DNA of 64,000 nt from Chrysomallon squamiferum (taxonomy: Eukaryota; Animalia; Mollusca). The notes under the pieces were generated by a model. The model made no database searches. It worked only from the letters and a program-made list of their open reading frames with translations, and was not told where the DNA came from. The position numbers were made by a program, and so were the translations under genes. The DNA lies in contig CM022675.1 of the NCBI GenBank assembly GCA_012295275.1, forward strand, positions 13,826,001 through 13,890,000. The letters are read 5' to 3'. Positions 56,701 through 64,000 of the stretch are shown piece after piece. Numbering within the stretch: position 1 is the first letter of the stretch; the number at the start of each line of letters is the position of its first letter.

Positions 56701-59007
56701 ATATTTCAATAGTGTACATTTGTATGTTTTAGTCTTTGTATAATTTTGATGTCTTTGTATCCATGTTTTAATTTTACTGTTTCTATGTATGTTTTGATAT
56801 GTGTATGGGTGTCTATATTTTTTATGTCATAGTGTTCAAGTGTTTGTATAATTTGTTATAATGTATAATGTATAATTTTGTTATAATGTATGTGTTTGTA
56901 TAATGTGCATGTTTGTGTCTATACATCTGTGTTATAAGGTATAATTGATGGATAATGTGTATATATGTGTATATATGTGTATATTTCTGTTTTTACTGTT
57001 CTCGTTGCTTTGTGGTAGTTTAACATAAATATAGATATAAACTATAAAATGATATGTAAATATGTACTCACTAATTAGAAAACAGATATAAATATTCACA
57101 CAAATAAATACAAATATAGTTAGTTTTGAGAATAAAGATAAATTGTAATTGAAAAATCACATGACATGACCTCAGCTGACCTCTGGTAAATGAGAGGTTC
57201 TCAGATTGGAGTTTATTTCTAATCTGGTATCTAGGAAATCAAATTTGGCATATTTTTGTGTGGTATTCTCCGATTGCCATTATTTTTGTGAACCAACAAA
57301 ATCTACATCATAAATTTTTTTATTTCATTTTTATTTATAAGTTTTAAGTTTTGAATGACACTTCAAAATTATACATATATGACACAACAGCTGTTCTTTC
57401 GTAAAAAAAAAAAGCTAAAAAATAAAAATTATTTTAGCTTTTCCTTTTTTTCTTCTCCTTTTTTTTTTTTTTTTTTTGTTATCTTAGGGCGATGTTTAAA
57501 TGAAACAGAAAGTATATAATTAAAATTAAATAATTATTAAATTATGCAAATTATTATTATTATTTCTTTAAATTTGTCATTTTTATGTTTCATTTTTTTA
57601 AACTGTTTTTGCTTCAATGAAATAATTAAATATTCCTAACAAATAAATGTTAATGAATTTGTTAATAATGAAACAGACTGTTAAATAAATGTTTAAGTTA
57701 TTATAAAATTTTATTAAAGAGTATGTAGATAAATAAATAAATGAATATGTACAAAATTAAATTAATAGTTATAAGCGTAACAGTATTGAAATAATAGAGT
57801 AATTATTTAAATAAATAAATAAATAAATTATTATTTTGAATGTTTCAAACACTTTCTTTCTTACTGTTTTTTAGATAAAATGTGAACAATTATTATTATT
57901 ATTATTGATAATTGTTTTATTACATATATGAAACTATTTTTCTTATTTAATTATTGAATTCATAATGGAACAATTTGTTGTGTCTTATAGTATTATTACT
58001 TCTTTCTCCTTACCATTCCTCACCATTTATTTAGTAAATACTTATTTTCTTTTTCATTTTTGTTTTTATTTTTTATTTCCCACCTAATTTAACAAAATTG
58101 TACCTAAAATGCAGCAACAGTGGGTCACCTGGTGAGTGATGACACCCCTACCTTAGGTTGGCTAATATGGTAACTCATACTTGAAAAAGAGTTATCTGCC
58201 CACCTCAGAGTGGCTAATACGGATTAACTCAAACTTGAAATGAGTTAACTGTGGGACTGTTCACCTAGATACAATTAAGTAATTAAATAATAAACAAAAT
58301 AATAACAAATTGTAATAAATAAATAAATAAATAATAAGATATATTTAAATATATCTTTGATGAAATAAAGAAGTAGTCATATATATATATAATTAACATT
58401 GTTTCCCGTCCATTCTTATTAATGACGAAGTATAGAAAACAAAAGTAATACAGATTAAAAAATATTTAGGCGCTACCATTTTATTATTATTATTATTATT
58501 ATTATTTTTTTTTTTTTTGAACGCGTGACGTCACTACGTACAGAAAGGATCGATTAGCTTCTGGCATCACGAGACAGTATAACCATCATAATTCTAGCAA
58601 AGCAATACAATAACAACTTGGACGTATACAGAATTTTGTTTTTAGACTGTGAATTCGCTATCCTTGTATGTAAATAAAATATCACTGAATCTATAAATAG
58701 TTTGTAGCTTCTTTACCAAACTGAAGAAAGGTCGCGCGCGGGGGAAACGCCAGTGACATCATAGGCCACCCTTGAATGTTTGAAGTAATTGAGAATAATT
58801 CTGGCGCGTGCATTTCTTCTTGTCTTGCTAGAACGATACACTTCCTGGTCGCCATGGTTCACACGCTAATTCTGATTTAAGAACCGATCCACTAGCATCA
58901 GCTGCAATTTGTCATTTCTGAAATTAGTATTTTCCAAACTGCACAGTTTAACAGACCTACTGGTCTAATATAGTAACCTGTTATCATGAACAAATTCAGT
59001 CTACAGC

Positions 59008-59039
<32 letters not shown>

Positions 59040-59383
59040 CCATCACCATTATTATTATTATTATTAACATTGTTGTTGTTCATGTAGGTTTTGTTGTTAT
59101 TGTTATTATTATTATTATTATTATTATTTTATTTATTCTGAATGTCTATGACTTTATTATGATGATATCATCTACAAATTACTTCATGTTTAGTGTGTTG
59201 TTGTCCTTTTGTTTTTTGTTCATATATCTATCTGTCTGTCTGTCTGTCTTTCTATATGTATATCGTCTTTTTTTTTTTCATCTGTTTGTTTTGCGCTAAA
59301 CGAGTTTTCCTTAGCGAATAACGTAGCGCAGGATTAATTAAAAATAATAGTAAAATGCTTTATTTTTATACATATGCTTACGA

Positions 59384-59423
<40 letters not shown>

Positions 59424-59630
59424 TATTTATTTTATTTTTATTTATTTTTTTATTTTTTTAAAGTAGAATATATTTTGGAGTATGCTAGCTTTGTTTATAA
59501 AATTTATTTTTTGTTGGGAATTTACCTTGTTAATTATCAGACAGATAAAAGTTAAAAACAAATGAAGCATTAACTTACACGGATGTCTGACTTTGTGTCA
59601 GGTGGTAATGTATGATAATATTATTGAATA

Positions 59631-60310
59631 TAGAGGTACCGCATTTCAGGAACGATTGCTTTCTCAAAACCTTCTGTTCTCGAACATTCTCGAAAAAAAA
59701 AAAAAAAAACATGTCGGACGTGGACTTGATGCTGGAACCGAAGGTAGTCGAGGTAACATCTTTAGATGAGGAGGATGAGGGAAGAAATATGTGGAACATG
59801 AAGGAATGGGGGCGGGGAGTTGCAAAGTTAGCTGTAAAAAAAAAAAAAAAGTCTCACCCTGACAAAGCAATAGCATAAGCTTACAATACTATGTCTTATT
59901 TCAGAAAATTTTTAATATGCATGCAGAAACAATCCTCATTAGACAGGTTTCTAGTGATAATGAAGTGCAGTGAGTCTCAAGCAGGTTATAGTGGTGTAAA
60001 GGGGCAGAAGAGAAAGAACCAAAATAGAGTTATCTGACCCTTTTATGCAAGGTGACTCACCTTTTAAACAATAACATCCCTCCTTCTCTCTATTTTTCCT
60101 CAACACCCCGTTCTTGTACACCATCTCCTCTCCTCAGATGTGTTTAGAGTGTGCGAGTTTATGCATGAAAATGTTAAATAAGCAATTTTTATTACTTAAA
60201 AACTACAATGTGTACTTTGAAGGCTTCTGGTATGGTTTAATCCAATTTATATTATTTCTTATGTAAATAATTGATTCGGTTTTCGAATAAATCAATTTTC
60301 GAACAGTCAC
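59631..60310 (+). mobile_element. Tigger (pogo-family) DNA transposon remnant
   Basis: In-frame C-terminal transposase-like peptide HPDKAIA*AYNTMSYFRKFLICMQKQSSLDRFL. Left end TA|TAGAGGTACC with TCTCGAAC; right subterminal region has TTCGGTTTTCGAA..TTTTCGAAC repeats. Family assigned from memory, not by search. Confidence 0.65.
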
Positions 60311-60857
60311 CACATAGCTGTTGTGTATTGTCGATAACTTTGTAAATCCAGAAGAAAATCCTTACCTCAGGATCACTGCACCTTGGAGGTACGTGAAGTG
60401 TGTTTCTCAATACAACCAGTGCTCCGAGACTGGTTTATCCAAGACCTGTCTAAATAGATCAACGAAAAGTCCATGACATGGCACAAGAAAACGTCCTCTT
60501 TAATACGTGTTTTATCAGTAAACACAGATCATATCGGGGCACACACACACACATACACACACACACACATCTGCGACGTACGGACACTGTTATGAATCCC
60601 GGCTTTTTTCAGTAGCTATCTCCCTTAGATCAGCGGACACCTGTGAACGCGGACGCAAAGCACTTTTTTCATTAATATTCCAGCTAAAGCGGAAAGTCAA
60701 GCCGATTTGGATTTGTTTTCTTCACTACGCAGTTCCTGCAGGGAGGAGTCTTGTTTTTGCGAACCACAAGAGCCCAATTCTTAGCAAACTTTTGGGGTTG
60801 AAAAGATGATGCCGCTGGCTCAAACTGAAGCTGTTCTGGGGTTTTAAACGCAATACT

Positions 60858-60873
60858 TATTTATTTATTTATT

Positions 60874-60966
<93 letters not shown>
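60858..60966. repeat. (TTTA)n(TTA)n microsatellite
   Basis: Directly visible in the sequence. Confidence 0.95.
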
Positions 60967-60967
<1 letters not shown>

Positions 60968-61187
60968 TATAACATAACATACCCTATGCTTATTATGAGT
61001 TTTATAACGTGCAAAATAAGTTTTAATTACATCCGTCTATGAACTCAACACATTTGCAGTTTATTTTAGGAGAAAGCCGTTATGCTTTCTATGGCAGTGC
61101 TCGGCCATGACGTTTTATGCTTGTTGTAGGTACTCATGAGGTAGATTTTAGATTATATGTATAAATAAATAAATAAATAAATAAACA

Positions 61188-61232
<45 letters not shown>

Positions 61233-61384
61233 TTAGAAATATAAACGATAATAATCTTTATATATAAAACGAACACGGAATTTAAGCTTGCTTAAACAAC
61301 AAGATTACCAAAGTTTTTAATAACTGGTACATGTCAAACAGGAAATAACTTTCTCTTTTTTAAGCAAGTCTATTTCAAACACCT

Positions 61385-61593
61385 GTGATCACGTGACATC
61401 AAGGAGTTCCGCCGACGCGGCGCATGTTCAAACTGACTATAATGGTGGATGAGTGACCGGTTCACTTATATGGATTAGGCGCGGACTGTAAATACTTAGC
61501 GTTTGAGTCATTAATCATTTTTCAAGTTTTTAGGATTAACAGAAGTGCAACAGACAAATCGAATATCCTGGCCTAAGACGACTTCTGCTAAAG
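61385..61593 (+). promoter_or_regulatory. Putative promoter and non-coding first exon of a gene continuing beyond the window
   Basis: CpG-rich patch, E-box/CLEAR-like ATCACGTGAC near 61388, AP-1 site TGAGTCA near 61504, and donor AAG|GTACGT at 61593. Confidence 0.4.
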
Positions 61594-64000
61594 GTACGTT
61601 AAACGTTATGTATAAAAATGAAACCTGTTGTTTTTTAGTGGGGGTTATTAATATTCAGTAGAGTAGCCTGTAGGAAGAGTATTTCGGTTCCAGACGACAG
61701 CCGATGTTTTCTTGGGTTAGGATTAGCTATCAGTGTCAATGTCATCTATTAAACTGACACTGACCCGAAGGCATGCATGAAATTATGTAATCGTATTTAT
61801 AATTATATAACTATAGTAATAATAATAATAATGGTAACTTAGAAAGTTTCGATACTTTTAAAAATTTATTTATCAGTTTTTAAAATTTGAAAATAAATAA
61901 GTAGAATAAATTTGGACATGAATCCGCATTGATCACGACTGGCCAATATCTAATGTGCGTATTTATCCAAAATTGGTTTTGTATATCACTATATGTGACT
62001 GCATGTCTTTTTGCATCAATTTTATTATTTATTAATTAAATGTAAAAAATAATCATTTCTTTCACACCTTGGTACACGAACACACAGAGACACACACACT
62101 CACACACTCAAACATTCAAACATCTGCACATACCACAAAAATGCAAACACTCTTATGACTTACATACAAGCATAAATATTATATTAGTATACAGGATATA
62201 TATGACAGTAAGTCTATAGATTATTTTCTGTGTTAACTGTAATTATTACAGTCATTGTTAAAGTTGTCAGTTTCCTGTAGTTGTTACACATACAGTGATG
62301 TTATTGGTAATGCGGGATGTTGTAATAAAATCATGATAACTATCATCTTCATTCAAACATTTAACAAGGCTACCAACAGGCTCATATTTACCAATAAAAC
62401 AACCATGTTGGAAATACATTACCAATTCATTTACCATTAAGACAAACAACATTGGAAATAAATGGCAGTAATTTTACAGTAAAGCAACCACAATGTATAT
62501 CATTTTACTAAATAAATTAAATTCATTTCAAAACTAATATTATCAAACTGAACAAATTATTATAATTTTTATCAGAAAAAAGATAAATTGTGTGGGTGTT
62601 TTCATAAATTTTTAATATATTCCTGAATAAAATAACAATTATAAATTAATATAAATAATTGTCAAATATAATAATAATAATAACAACAACAACAATAACA
62701 TTAACAGTAATAACAATAACAAGAGCAGCAACATCAACAACATCATCGTCATATAAAAAATTATGACCTAAAAAAAAGAGAGAGTGTATAACTACATTTC
62801 CCACACTGCAGTGAACTGCAAACTGCAACAAGTCACTGACCTGTAAATTAGTGCTAACAAAGAGAAATGTTTTATAACTCTGTGTTATAGCCTGTAAATA
62901 CTCATAAATCAGCTAAAAATATTTCTCTACTGATCTTACTGCACTGACAGCTAATAAATAATACAAGTGAATGAATGAACATGATACATACATTAAGACA
63001 AACACATACAGTGACATATTAACATATACAGTAATACATAAATTAACACATACAGTAATACATAAATTAACACATGGACATATAGTAACAGTGATGTACA
63101 TATATATATATATATAAATACACACACCTGTGTATCTGTATCTGTATCTATATAGATATAGATATAGATAGATACATAGGTGTTTGTGTGTGTATTGATA
63201 CATGTACAGTGATACATGCATTAAGTTAATGCTTAACACAAACACATACAATGATACATACATTAACACATAGTGATATACATATATTAATGTAGATAAA
63301 ACACAAATACATGTACTTCCATACAAACATCCTTATGCATATATGACACCTGTTTTATAATTTTTCTCTGTTCAGTGATAATGATATGTTGACTGGAATG
63401 GGAAAATCTGTATTTTTTTAAGTGGAATTAATGTGAAAACCTGATAAGTCTCACATAAATGATCAATCAAAGGTCATTTTGTTTGTTTCAGGAGACATTT
63501 TCATTTATTATTATTTTTATTTTTTTTAAATGCTTGTGTCTGTCTTGTAAGATTAAAACAGATCTGAGCTTAAATTAATATATCAGCAAATCTGTTACAT
63601 TTAATATGATATGCTTAATAATGAGGTGTTATTGATGGCAATTATTTACATGATGTTTTGTTATTAATAACACAGTGGCTGCTGATGGCAAAATATTTGC
63701 ATGATGTTTTGTCCATAATATGGAGATAGCTGCTGAAGGCAAATTATTAACATAATATTTTATCCTTAATTAACTTGTTTAGTCCATAATATTGAGGTGG
63801 TTTCTGAAACAGGTCAGATAGCAGACAAATAAAATTGATTAAGTTGATTCAACAAGTCTGATGTTCGCCGGTCAATTGGAATTCATTTTCATTAATTGTT
63901 GTCATGGTAATGCATGCACTTGCAGTAACTCTCTGTGGTTAATTTTTATTGATCAGTTCTTGCATTTCATGAATATGTGCGTCATGTGAATGTTAGACAA

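Overview
AT-rich, intron-rich animal genomic DNA; invertebrate, mollusc-like by composition and repeat content (inference, not verified). I reconstructed four protein-coding genes by hand from splice sites and reading phase. (1) MEIOC, minus, 8 coding exons, about 896 aa. (2) UBXN4, minus, 13 exons, about 502 aa. (3) STARD3/MLN64, plus, 13 coding exons, about 481 aa after one correction, arranged head-to-head with UBXN4. (4) An aldo-keto reductase with an intronless CDS, minus, 315 aa, tail-to-tail with STARD3. Introns and intergenic DNA hold two decayed hAT transposases (ZNF862-like and ZBED1/4-like), a pogo/Tigger-type MITE with both TIRs and TA target duplications, a Tigger remnant, many minisatellites and microsatellites, and CpG-richer promoter-like patches near the right end. 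The most notable observations are: intronic minisatellites built from copies of the host gene's own splice junctions (two 5' splice-site arrays, one 3' splice-site-like array); a probable U12-type intron in UBXN4; a 1-nt frameshift and a GAG acceptor in STARD3; and a 10 kb non-coding stretch downstream of MEIOC. I saw no rRNA, tRNA or CRISPR arrays. Most short ORFs in the track are artefacts of simple repeats.
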